Positions 17,791-26,797 of a stretch of 64,000 nt of DNA are shown here, one piece after another (position 1 is the stretch's first letter; each line of letters starts with the position of its first letter). The notes beneath the pieces were generated by a model. That model saw only the letters and a program-made list of their open reading frames with translations. It was not told where the DNA came from and ran no database searches. The DNA comes from Patescibacteria group bacterium (lineage in GTDB: Bacteria; Patescibacteriota; Minisyncoccia; Phycocordibacterales; WO2-35-19), in contig JBBTSI010000011.1 of the NCBI GenBank assembly GCA_038064735.1, positions 1,768-65,767 of the forward strand. Direction: 5' to 3'. Made by a program: the position numbers and the translations under genes.

Positions 17791-18665
17791 TGCAGCCTAA
17801 TTTCAAGAAGCCGGCGATAATAATTGCTGTGGTTATTGTTGTGTTTTTAGCATCTTTGTTTTGGGCTATAAGCCACAGACAACCAGAAACACCACCAGTA
17901 ATCGAAGCTCCGAAAGAAGTGGTTTATAAAGTCATCGGTAACTCTGTGGAAGGACGTAAAATTGAAAGTTACACTTATGGGGAAGGGCAGAAGCATCTGG
18001 TATTAGTCGGCGGTGTCCACGGAGGTTACGAATGGAACAGCATAATGCTCTCTTACCGAATGATGGATTACTTGAATAAAAATCAAGATACAATCCCGAA
18101 CAATCTGACAGTCACCATAATACCTAACGTCAATCCTGACGGCCTTTTCAAAGTAGTAGGTAAAGAAGGCCAGTTTGTCGTCGCCGATGTTTCTACTAGT
18201 ACCAAAATACTTTCAGCCGGCCGTTTCAATGCAAACGAGGTTGACCTCAACCGCAACTTTGATTGCAAATGGAAACCGAAAAGTACCTGGCAATCAAAAA
18301 CAGTGAGTGCCGGCTCAGAAGCTTTTTCCGAACCGGAAGCTCTGGCTTTTAAAAATTTTATTTCAGAAAACAATCCGACCGCTGTCATATTTTTCCACAG
18401 CCAGTCGGGCAGTGTTTACGCTTCACAATGCAAAGACGGCATCCTTCCGGAAACTCTGAGTATCATGGATGTTTATGCAAAAGCGGCAGGTTATAAACCA
18501 GTCAAAACATTTGATGCTTATGCCACTTCTGGTGCTGCTGATGACTGGTTAGCCTCCATCAAAATCCCCGCTATCACAGTAGAACTCAAAACTCACGAAA
18601 CCGTAGAGTGGGAACAAAACCTTACCGGTATCAAAGCTCTTTTTGCTTATTTCAACCAAAAATAA
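17790..18665 (+). CDS. membrane-anchored M14 zinc carboxypeptidase (paralog)
   Basis: GGVHGGYE, NPDG, VDLNRNF, FHS, TVEL. Confidence 0.88.
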   Translation: MQPNFKKPAIIIAVVIVVFLASLFWAISHRQPETPPVIEAPKEVVYKVIGNSVEGRKIESYTYGEGQKHLVLVGGVHGGYEWNSIMLSYRMMDYLNKNQDTIPNNLTVTIIPNVNPDGLFKVVGKEGQFVVADVSTSTKILSAGRFNANEVDLNRNFDCKWKPKSTWQSKTVSAGSEAFSEPEALAFKNFISENNPTAVIFFHSQSGSVYASQCKDGILPETLSIMDVYAKAAGYKPVKTFDAYATSGAADDWLASIKIPAITVELKTHETVEWEQNLTGIKALFAYFNQK

Positions 18666-18677
18666 TATATTTACTAT

Positions 18678-19013
18678 ATGCAAAAAGCACTGAAAATTTT
18701 TTTGAACACAATTCCGGTCTTAATAATGATTGGACTTATTCCATTCGTACAAAATGATTATATTCTGACAGTATTTCATATAGCGATTATTTATATTTCT
18801 TTGCAATTCATAAAGTATGAAAGAAGTGATTCTACCGTTCTTGTTTTTGGTTTTTTTATTATGACTTTTTTCGAATACGTTTTCGTCACCACCGGTGTAG
18901 AATCTTTCACTAGAAATTCTCTTTTCGGTGTTATGCCTGTATGGCTACCATTCCTCTGGTCATATGGATTTTTGGCAATCAAAAAATCAGCGCAAATTTT
19001 GGATAGAAATTAA
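18678..19013 (+). CDS. small membrane protein (DUF2878-like)
   Basis: Four hydrophobic segments, FEYVFV..G and PVWLPFLW. Confidence 0.6.
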   Translation: MQKALKIFLNTIPVLIMIGLIPFVQNDYILTVFHIAIIYISLQFIKYERSDSTVLVFGFFIMTFFEYVFVTTGVESFTRNSLFGVMPVWLPFLWSYGFLAIKKSAQILDRN

Positions 19014-19022
19014 TTACCGTAT

Positions 19023-19532
19023 ATGGACGGAACTGAAAAAAATGCGATAAAAAATTTGGGTAAATTGTTTGTTGCTATTTGTGCAACTGTTTATTTTTTA
19101 TATTATGCCAAAACCGCAACAGATTGGCACTTTATTGATAATTTCAATTTGATAATCCACGAGGCTGGGCATTCTATTTTATTTTTTCTTGGTGAATTTA
19201 TACAAGTTGCCGCAGGTTCATTATTTCAAATACTACTGCCTCTTATATTTGTTTTATATTTTTATTTACATAAAAACTATTTTTCCAGTTCTCTTCTCTT
19301 ATTTTGGGTAGGGCAAAACGTCATTAATGTTTCAGTTTATCTTTCGGACGCAATCATCACACAATTACCCTTACTTGGTGGCGATTCTTCTATTCACGAT
19401 TGGAATTATCTTTTGAATTCACTCGGAATACTCAAACATACTTCTACTATCGGTTCTTTAACTTTTGATGCCGGTGTTTTAATTATAATTTTAGCCGCTT
19501 ATTTTTCTACTGTAACATCCCAGAAAAAATAG
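19023..19532 (+). CDS. membrane protein with HExxH motif (M50-like metallopeptidase)
   Basis: IHEAGH, AGSLFQ, HDW in a multi-TM ORF. Confidence 0.65.
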   Translation: MDGTEKNAIKNLGKLFVAICATVYFLYYAKTATDWHFIDNFNLIIHEAGHSILFFLGEFIQVAAGSLFQILLPLIFVLYFYLHKNYFSSSLLLFWVGQNVINVSVYLSDAIITQLPLLGGDSSIHDWNYLLNSLGILKHTSTIGSLTFDAGVLIIILAAYFSTVTSQKK

Positions 19533-19589
19533 AGACGTATCCACACTGATGTTTCTTTTTTATTTAAATTAGTATATAATTAGCATATT

Positions 19590-19700
19590 ATGGCAAAAAG
19601 AGAAGCAACAAATACAAAAAACAAAACCTCTCGTTCTAGAAAAACTAAGAAACGCTTGGAAATCAAAAGACAGAGACTTGCATCAAAGCGCAATAAATAA
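19590..19700 (+). CDS. unannotated tiny basic protein (36 aa)
   Basis: MAKREATNTKNKTSRSRKTKKRLEIKRQRLASKRNK; TATAAT 9 nt upstream. Confidence 0.55.
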   Translation: MAKREATNTKNKTSRSRKTKKRLEIKRQRLASKRNK

Positions 19701-19704
19701 TTAT

Positions 19705-19764
19705 ATGGCAAAAGGAGACGGACATAGAAAAGAGAAAAAGAAAGCTAAAAAAGTAAAAGCTTAA
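19705..19764 (+). CDS. unannotated tiny basic peptide (19 aa)
   Basis: MAKGDGHRKEKKKAKKVKA, starting 4 nt after the previous stop. Confidence 0.4.
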   Translation: MAKGDGHRKEKKKAKKVKA

Positions 19765-19862
19765 CAAAGTTTGCTTTTGGGTTTATAAATCACAGGTATG
19801 TCCTTATATAAAAAGGGCATATGGTTTATAATATAAGTTATACAAAATTTTAATAAAAAACT

Positions 19863-21338
19863 ATGCCAACATTTATAAACAGAGAATCCGGTTCCTTCAA
19901 ATTCAAATGGTTGATTTGGACAGTTATTGTTATTGCGGTTTTAATAGGTGCATATTTCCTGTTTTTTAACAAAAAAACCCAATATCAGTTTATAACCGTT
20001 CAAAAAGGTTCAATTATTGAATCAGTTTCCGTGACTGGTAACACCATACCGACAAAAAGTGTATCCTTGGCTTTTGGTAGTAGTGGCATAATTTCAAATA
20101 CTTATTCGGATCTTGGTAAACAAGTCTCTGTGGGACAAGTCTTGGCAGAACTTAATATGAATGACCTCAATGCTTCGCTTCATCAAGCAGAAGCTAGTGT
20201 AAATCAACAGCAAGCAAGACTAAGAGCGTTGGAAAGTAGCTCCCAACCAGCAGATGCTTCGTTGGCTTTCATCACAGCTATGCGTGACTCATATCTTCAA
20301 TTGGAAACTGCTGTTTTGCGTTATTCCGATACTCTTTTTACTAATGCCATATCAGTCAATCCTTCCATACAAATAAGAACTCAGAGCCAAGAAGAAGAAA
20401 ATGCTATAGAAGCGGAACGTCTGATTGTTGGAGAAAAAATGGAAAAATGGAGAAACACTTTGGTAAATCTCAATACAACATCAGATAATCAAACAATAAA
20501 AAATGCCGAATCGATAGCAAGAGATACTATTGTTTACACTGGAAGCTTCATGAATCATCTGGGAAATATAACAAAAAATTTGACCCCAGAAAATTCTGGC
20601 TTACTACAAAGTGTAATAGACTCTAATCGTATAAATATAAACACTGCCGCTCAAGCTGTAAGTACAACAGATACAAACGAAAAAAACGCTTACGATACTT
20701 GGATTTCAGCACCTCAAAATATAGACGCTCAAAAAGCTTTGGTTAAAGCAGCAGAGGCAAGTGTTGAAAGTGCACAAGCTAAAATCCAAAATGCTCAAAT
20801 TATCGCTCCTATATCCGGCACAGTAACTCAGTTTGATGCCAAAATCGGCCAACTGGCTTCTCCAGGTACACCTTTAGTTTCCATAATGTCAGATACCGGT
20901 TATGAAGTAGACGCTGGTGTTTCCGAAATTGATGTCGGGAAAATTTCACTCGGAAACGAAGTTACTATGACTCTTGATGCTTTCCAGAACGAAACTTTTA
21001 TTGGAAAGGTATTTTATATAGCACCAGCCGAAACTAATAACCAAGGGGTTATTAGTTATCAAATTAAAATATCTTTTGATAAACCAGATATACGTTTAAA
21101 AAGCGGTCTGACTGCAAATATAGATATCCAAACTAGACAAAAAGAAAATGTACTCATTCTTCCCCAATACGCTATTTTACAAAATGACCAAGGTACTTTC
21201 GTAGAAACACTCGAAAATAAAGTGGTCAAACAAAACCCGGTAACTCTCGGACTTCAAGACCAAAAAGGTAATGTTGAAGTGATATCAGGAGTTGAGGAAG
21301 GCAAGCAAGTTCTCAATATCGGACTCAAAACCAAATAA
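19863..21338 (+). CDS. efflux periplasmic adaptor subunit (MacA/HlyD-like)
   Basis: N-terminal TM, lipoyl half-motifs, IIAPISGTV, LKSGLTA. Confidence 0.9.
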   Translation: MPTFINRESGSFKFKWLIWTVIVIAVLIGAYFLFFNKKTQYQFITVQKGSIIESVSVTGNTIPTKSVSLAFGSSGIISNTYSDLGKQVSVGQVLAELNMNDLNASLHQAEASVNQQQARLRALESSSQPADASLAFITAMRDSYLQLETAVLRYSDTLFTNAISVNPSIQIRTQSQEEENAIEAERLIVGEKMEKWRNTLVNLNTTSDNQTIKNAESIARDTIVYTGSFMNHLGNITKNLTPENSGLLQSVIDSNRININTAAQAVSTTDTNEKNAYDTWISAPQNIDAQKALVKAAEASVESAQAKIQNAQIIAPISGTVTQFDAKIGQLASPGTPLVSIMSDTGYEVDAGVSEIDVGKISLGNEVTMTLDAFQNETFIGKVFYIAPAETNNQGVISYQIKISFDKPDIRLKSGLTANIDIQTRQKENVLILPQYAILQNDQGTFVETLENKVVKQNPVTLGLQDQKGNVEVISGVEEGKQVLNIGLKTK

Positions 21339-22048
21339 TGATAGAGGTCAATGATCTGAAAAAAGAATATATTGAAGAAGACACCACAACCAGAGCTCTA
21401 CGCGGAGTAACTTTTAAAATCGATAGAGGTGAGTTTGTCTCCATTATGGGCCCATCAGGCTCCGGTAAATCCACTTTGCTTCACATTTTAAGTTTCCTTG
21501 ATAGACCAACTGGTGGCTCTTACAAATTTTTAGGAAAAAGTATCGATGATATGAACGATAGGGAATTGGCTCATGTACGAAACAAAGATATGGGTTTCGT
21601 TTTCCAATCATTCAACCTTCTTTCTCGACTGACAGTTTATGACAATGTAGAAATTCCGCTTTTGTATTCCGATATTATCCCAAGAGAAAGAAAAAAACTC
21701 ATTGAAGATGCCGTCATTGCTGTCGGTCTTGAAGAAAAACTACATATTGAAACCGGTAAACTTTCCGGCGGACAAAAACAAAGAGTAGCCATAGCTCGCG
21801 CACTCGTAACTGACCCTAACATTATTTTTGCCGATGAACCAACTGGCAATCTTGATTCAGAATCAGGATTACAAGTCATGGAGATACTTGAATCTCTCCA
21901 CGACAAAGGCCGTACTGTAGTATTGGTCACCCACGAAACTCAAACTGCTGAATTTGCCAATCGTATTATTAAGATAAAAGATGGACTCATAGAAAGCGAC
22001 AAAACTATTACCACCAATCGTGATCATTGTAGTGGTCAATTAAAATAA
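21338..22048 (+). CDS. ABC transporter ATP-binding protein (MacB/LolD-like)
   Basis: [33 protein letters not shown]. Confidence 0.95.
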   Translation: MIEVNDLKKEYIEEDTTTRALRGVTFKIDRGEFVSIMGPSGSGKSTLLHILSFLDRPTGGSYKFLGKSIDDMNDRELAHVRNKDMGFVFQSFNLLSRLTVYDNVEIPLLYSDIIPRERKKLIEDAVIAVGLEEKLHIETGKLSGGQKQRVAIARALVTDPNIIFADEPTGNLDSESGLQVMEILESLHDKGRTVVLVTHETQTAEFANRIIKIKDGLIESDKTITTNRDHCSGQLK

Positions 22049-22062
22049 TATGGCAAAAAAAT

Positions 22063-23298
22063 ATGACAAGTAAAGACGCATTCAAAACAGCCATCCGCAG
22101 TCTCTCACACAGTAAGATGCGCTCGATTCTAACCATGCTCGGCATCGTTACTGGCATAGCATCGGTAATCGTCATTATGTCACTCGGTGATTCAGCGAAG
22201 CAATATATCGTTGGCCAAATCCAATCAATGGCTCCCAACATGATCAACGTGCAACCTGGTGCTCCAGTCATGGGTGGAGCACCTTCGGCTGTGATGGGTC
22301 TCGTAATCAAAACTCTCAGGGCACGTGACGTAGAAGCGTTGGAAAGGGAGCCGTCTATAACGAATGTGTCACCAAATGTCACCGGAAGTTCTCGCATCGT
22401 TTATGGGAACAAAAGCAAGTCTACTCTCTGGGTTGCAACGACAGCGAATCTATTCAAGATGACGAACCTTAATTTTTCAAGCGGGTATGGCTTCACTGAG
22501 GCGGATGAGATTGGATACAAACACGTTGTCGTTCTTGGTTCTAAGTTGGCAGAAGATTTATTCGGAAGTGATACCGAACCTGTCGGGAAGACTGTTCGTT
22601 TTGAAGACATTACTTTCCGTGTTATTGGGGTTCTAGAACCGAAAGGTTCAGGAATGTTTAGCATGGATGGGTATGCACTGATTCCGCTTTCTGTCGGACA
22701 AAAACAAATTCGCGGTATTGATTATTATCAAGAACTGAATATCCAGATTGACCCCACATATGACACCTCATTCGTCAAAACCAGGATTGTCTCCATTCTC
22801 AGGACATCCCATCAAATTACGGATCCTACGAAAGACGACTTCATGGTTACTTCTATGGATGAGACGTTGAGTATGCTAGGTAATATAATGTCAATTCTCA
22901 CCATATTCCTAGCGGCAATCGCCTCAATTTCACTTGTGGTTGGTGGCATCGGCATTATGAATATTATGTTGGTATCTGTAACCGAGCGCACCAGAGAAAT
23001 AGGTTTGCGCAAAGCCGTCGGTGCAACTGATAAAGATATAATGATACAATTCCTTATAGAGTCTGTACTACTGACTCTCACTGGTGGCATAATCGGTATT
23101 TTGGTGGGCGCCGGTATTGTTGGCCTAATTTACTTCGTCCTAACAACTTTCTTTTCTATAGGTTGGATTTTCGCTTTTCCTCCTTTAGCGGTGGCGCTCG
23201 GGCTTTTGGTCTCTGGTATATCTGGCATTGCCTTTGGTATTTATCCAGCTCGCCAAGCTGCCCGCAAAAACCCTATTGATGCCTTGCGTTACGAATAG
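22063..23298 (+). CDS. MacB-type ABC permease
   Basis: RSILTMLGI, GGIGIMNIMLVSVTERTREIGLRKAVGA, PIDALRYE. Confidence 0.95.
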   Translation: MTSKDAFKTAIRSLSHSKMRSILTMLGIVTGIASVIVIMSLGDSAKQYIVGQIQSMAPNMINVQPGAPVMGGAPSAVMGLVIKTLRARDVEALEREPSITNVSPNVTGSSRIVYGNKSKSTLWVATTANLFKMTNLNFSSGYGFTEADEIGYKHVVVLGSKLAEDLFGSDTEPVGKTVRFEDITFRVIGVLEPKGSGMFSMDGYALIPLSVGQKQIRGIDYYQELNIQIDPTYDTSFVKTRIVSILRTSHQITDPTKDDFMVTSMDETLSMLGNIMSILTIFLAAIASISLVVGGIGIMNIMLVSVTERTREIGLRKAVGATDKDIMIQFLIESVLLTLTGGIIGILVGAGIVGLIYFVLTTFFSIGWIFAFPPLAVALGLLVSGISGIAFGIYPARQAARKNPIDALRYE

Positions 23299-23397
23299 GT
23301 TGTTTTTTTAGTGTTTACAGCGTATAATTAGGGGGTATTAGAAGAAGACAAAAAAGAGTCGAGTTTCTATCTATACTATAATAAATAATAAAAAAAC

Positions 23398-23604
23398 ATG
23401 ACAGGAACAATCAAGAAGTTAAATGAAAGAGGATTTGGGTTTATCGAACAAGAAGGTCAAACCGGAGATCTTTTCTTTCACAAAAGTGCGCTTTCTGGCG
23501 TCACTTTTGAGGATTTGAAAGAAGGCGATAGCGTCTCTTTCGATGTTGAGCCAGCCAAAGAAGGAGGCAAAGGCCCTTCCGCTGCAAATGTAACTCGATC
23601 TTAA
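23398..23604 (+). CDS. cold-shock domain protein
   Basis: RGFGFI, DLFFH, GKGPSAANV. Confidence 0.92.
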   Translation: MTGTIKKLNERGFGFIEQEGQTGDLFFHKSALSGVTFEDLKEGDSVSFDVEPAKEGGKGPSAANVTRS

Positions 23605-23664
23605 TTTATTAATGGTCGCACTCCAAAATGGTATTGTGCGACATAATTTCACTAAATTAAAAAT

Positions 23665-23919
23665 ATGGCGAAAACAAATTCAGCATTTATGAAGCCGATG
23701 ACCATTAGCCCAGAATTGGCAGAGGTTGTAGGCAAAGGCCCTTTCCCAAGATCAGAAGTAGTTAAGAAACTTTGGGTTTATATCAAAGGTAAAGATCTTC
23801 AAGATCCTAAGAACAAAAGAAACATAAATGCCGACGAAAATTTGAAAAAAGTTTTTGGTGGCAAAGCTGTCGTCAACATGTTTGAAATGACCAAACTCGT
23901 TTCCAAACACCTATCTTAA
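23665..23919 (+). CDS. stand-alone SWIB/MDM2 domain protein
   Basis: SPELAEVVG...RSEVVKKLWVYIK..DLQDPKNKR.I.AD..LKKVF...MFEMTK. Confidence 0.92.
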   Translation: MAKTNSAFMKPMTISPELAEVVGKGPFPRSEVVKKLWVYIKGKDLQDPKNKRNINADENLKKVFGGKAVVNMFEMTKLVSKHLS

Positions 23920-24006
23920 GTTGGCAGTAAGGATTTAATTTGTTATAAATAAGCAAGGGGCAAACGTCCCTTGTTTATTTTATTAATGTTAAAAAAGAAA
24001 ATAAAA

Positions 24007-26685
24007 ATGGCAAAGAACAAAAAGTATGTCTATGCGTTTGAAGAAGGTGATAAGAGCATGAAAGAAATTTTGGGTGGTAAGGGCGCCAATCTGGCTGAAA
24101 TGAAAAACTTAGGAATAAACGTGCCTCCGGGATTTACTGTAAGCACCGAAGTTTGTGATATTTATTACAAAAATAAAAAAACTCTGCCAAACGAAATCAA
24201 AAAACAAATAGACACAAAACTTTTTGATTTACAAAAAAAGATGGACAAAAAATTGGGAGACGCTAGCGACCCACTCCTAGTCTCAGTCCGTTCCGGCGCC
24301 GCTTCCTCAATGCCAGGCATGATGGATACTATTTTAAACTTAGGCCTCAACGACAAATCTGTCGTAGGGCTCAGTCAAAAAACCGGTAACTCCCGATTTG
24401 CTTGGGATTCATACCGCCGTTTAATCCAAATGTTTGGTTCGGTAGTCATGGAAATGGAACACTCCGATTTTGAGCATATTCTTGAAAATGTGAAAGACAC
24501 TGTCGGGGCAAAATATGACACTGATCTGACCACTGAAAACTTGCAAGAAATCGTCACCAAATACAAAGAAAAAATAAAAAAAGTGAAAGGCATTGATTTC
24601 CCCCAAGACCCAATCAAACAACTATATGCAGCGATGAATGCAGTCTTTAATTCTTGGAATAATTACCGAGCCATAAGATACCGTGAAATAAATAATATCA
24701 AAGGCCTCATCGGCACGGCAGTCAACATCCAAGCGATGGTCTTCGGCAATTTGGGAGAGACTTCCGGCACGGGAGTTTGCTTCACTAGGAACCCTTCAAC
24801 CGGCGAAGCTAAATTTTACGGCGAATACCTCATGAATGCTCAAGGTGAAGATGTAGTCGCTGGTATTAGGACACCTCTACCAGTATCATCGCTTCAAAAA
24901 TCGAATCCAAAAATTTACAAAGAGTTAGTGACGATCTGCAACAAAGTCGAAAAGCATTATCGCGATATGCAAGATATGGAATTTACCATTCAAGACGGCA
25001 AGCTTTACATCTTACAAGCAAGATCCGGCAAAAGGACAGCGACAGCAGCCGTCAGAATCGCGGTGGAAATGGTAGCCGAAAAACTCATCACCAAAGAAGA
25101 AGCTATTTTGCGCATTGATCCAAATCAACTCAATCAACTTTTGCACAAACAATTTGACCTCATCGCTCTAAACCGAGCCGAAGTGGTCGCTTTGGGTTTA
25201 CCAGCTTCACCAGGAGCCGCTGTCGGAGAAATAGTTTTTACTGCCAGTGATGCCTTTGAAAAAACCAAAGCAGGTTTGGACGTCATTTTAGTCCGTACAG
25301 AGACTTCTCCGGAAGATATTGATGGTATGCACAGCGCTAAAGGAATACTCACCGCTAGAGGTGGTATGACGAGTCACGCCGCAGTGGTAGCAAGGGGTAT
25401 GGGTACATGTTGTGTAGCTGGATGTTCAGATTTGATTATTGATGAAAAAACAAAAAAATTAACTATCAAAGAAAAAGGTATTACTTTGAAAGAAGGGGAT
25501 TTTATTTCTCTTGATGGTTCTCTTGGAAAAGTTTATGTTGGAAAGATTGCGACCGTAGATCCGAAACTTTCAGGCAACTTCGGCAAACTAATGTCTTGGG
25601 CAGACAGTGTGAGAAAAATAGGGGTGAGGACCAACGCCGACACTCCGACTGATGCCAGTGTAGCCAGATCATTTGGCGCTGAGGGTATCGGACTTTGCCG
25701 AACTGAACATATGTTCTTTGAAGGCAATCGTATCAAAGCAGTGAGGGAAATGATTTTGGCAGGGGATTTGGAAAGCAGGAAAAAAGCGCTAAACAAACTT
25801 TTGCCTTATCAAAAAGAAGATTTCGTAGAACTATTCCGCACTATGGACGGATTCCCGGTGACAGTGCGTTTGCTCGATCCACCACTTCATGAATTTTTAC
25901 CAAAAGAGAAAAAAGATATTGAAGAACTCGCTCGTGAAATGAAAGTAGAAGTTAAAACTCTTACAGATAAAATTTCAGATTTGCACGAATTCAATCCGAT
26001 GCTCGGACACCGCGGTTGCAGACTCGCTATCACTTTCCCCGAGATTTACGATATGCAAGTGACTGCTATAGTTGAAGCTATTATAGAAGTCTATAAAGGT
26101 AAAAGTAAATCCTCCTCCGCTAAAGCTACGGCGGGACAAAGAAAAATTGCACCAGAAATAATGATTCCTCTCGTCGCTACCACCAAAGAATTTGAAATCA
26201 TTAAAAACCGAATTGTAGAAATCGTAGAGAGCAAATTGAAATCAGCCAAAATCAAAGTCGCTTACAAAGTCGGTACGATGATTGAAGTGCCAAGAGCAGC
26301 ACTCGTCGCTGACAAAATCGTAGAAGCTGGAGCAGAATTTTTCTCTTTCGGTACCAATGACCTTACTCAAATGGGTGTCGGACTCTCACGCGACGACTCT
26401 GGTAAATTCCTCAAAGAATATGTGAAGCAAAATATTTTCGACCAAGATCCTTTTGAAGTTTTGGACCAAGAAGGTGTAGGTGAACTCATCCGTATTGCTA
26501 TCAAAAAAGGTAGGGGAGTTAAAAAAGATTTGAAAGTAGGTATTTGTGGGGAACATGGAGGCGAACCCAAGACTGTGGAATTTTGCCACAACGAAGGGTT
26601 TAACTACGTTTCTTGCTCACCATTCCGAGTACCTATCGCCCGTCTAGCCGCCGCTCAAGCCGCCATCAAGAACAAGAAGAAATAA
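24007..26685 (+). CDS. ppdK: pyruvate, phosphate dikinase
   Basis: LGGKGANLAEM, SVRSGA, GGMTSHAAVVAR, GLCRTEHMF, FSFGTNDL, GICGEHGG. Confidence 0.97.
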   Translation: MAKNKKYVYAFEEGDKSMKEILGGKGANLAEMKNLGINVPPGFTVSTEVCDIYYKNKKTLPNEIKKQIDTKLFDLQKKMDKKLGDASDPLLVSVRSGAASSMPGMMDTILNLGLNDKSVVGLSQKTGNSRFAWDSYRRLIQMFGSVVMEMEHSDFEHILENVKDTVGAKYDTDLTTENLQEIVTKYKEKIKKVKGIDFPQDPIKQLYAAMNAVFNSWNNYRAIRYREINNIKGLIGTAVNIQAMVFGNLGETSGTGVCFTRNPSTGEAKFYGEYLMNAQGEDVVAGIRTPLPVSSLQKSNPKIYKELVTICNKVEKHYRDMQDMEFTIQDGKLYILQARSGKRTATAAVRIAVEMVAEKLITKEEAILRIDPNQLNQLLHKQFDLIALNRAEVVALGLPASPGAAVGEIVFTASDAFEKTKAGLDVILVRTETSPEDIDGMHSAKGILTARGGMTSHAAVVARGMGTCCVAGCSDLIIDEKTKKLTIKEKGITLKEGDFISLDGSLGKVYVGKIATVDPKLSGNFGKLMSWADSVRKIGVRTNADTPTDASVARSFGAEGIGLCRTEHMFFEGNRIKAVREMILAGDLESRKKALNKLLPYQKEDFVELFRTMDGFPVTVRLLDPPLHEFLPKEKKDIEELAREMKVEVKTLTDKISDLHEFNPMLGHRGCRLAITFPEIYDMQVTAIVEAIIEVYKGKSKSSSAKATAGQRKIAPEIMIPLVATTKEFEIIKNRIVEIVESKLKSAKIKVAYKVGTMIEVPRAALVADKIVEAGAEFFSFGTNDLTQMGVGLSRDDSGKFLKEYVKQNIFDQDPFEVLDQEGVGELIRIAIKKGRGVKKDLKVGICGEHGGEPKTVEFCHNEGFNYVSCSPFRVPIARLAAAQAAIKNKKK
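26110..26137 (+). repeat. short palindromic element in-frame in ppdK
   Basis: TCCTCCTCCGCTAAAGCTACGGCGGGAC encoding SSSAKATAG before APEIMIPL. Confidence 0.75.
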
Positions 26686-26695
26686 ATTAATAAGC

Positions 26696-26729
26696 AAAAC
26701 AAACTCCCTTTCGAAAGGGAGTTTGTTTT
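26696..26729. terminator. intrinsic terminator after ppdK
   Basis: Perfect palindrome AAAACAAACTCCCTTTCGAAAGGGAGTTTGTTTT. Confidence 0.85.
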
Positions 26730-26797
26730 ATTACACTAAATAATGTATAGTGTAACCAATCCCTTGGGGGGATTTTTAATTATCAAATTTTACAGAA

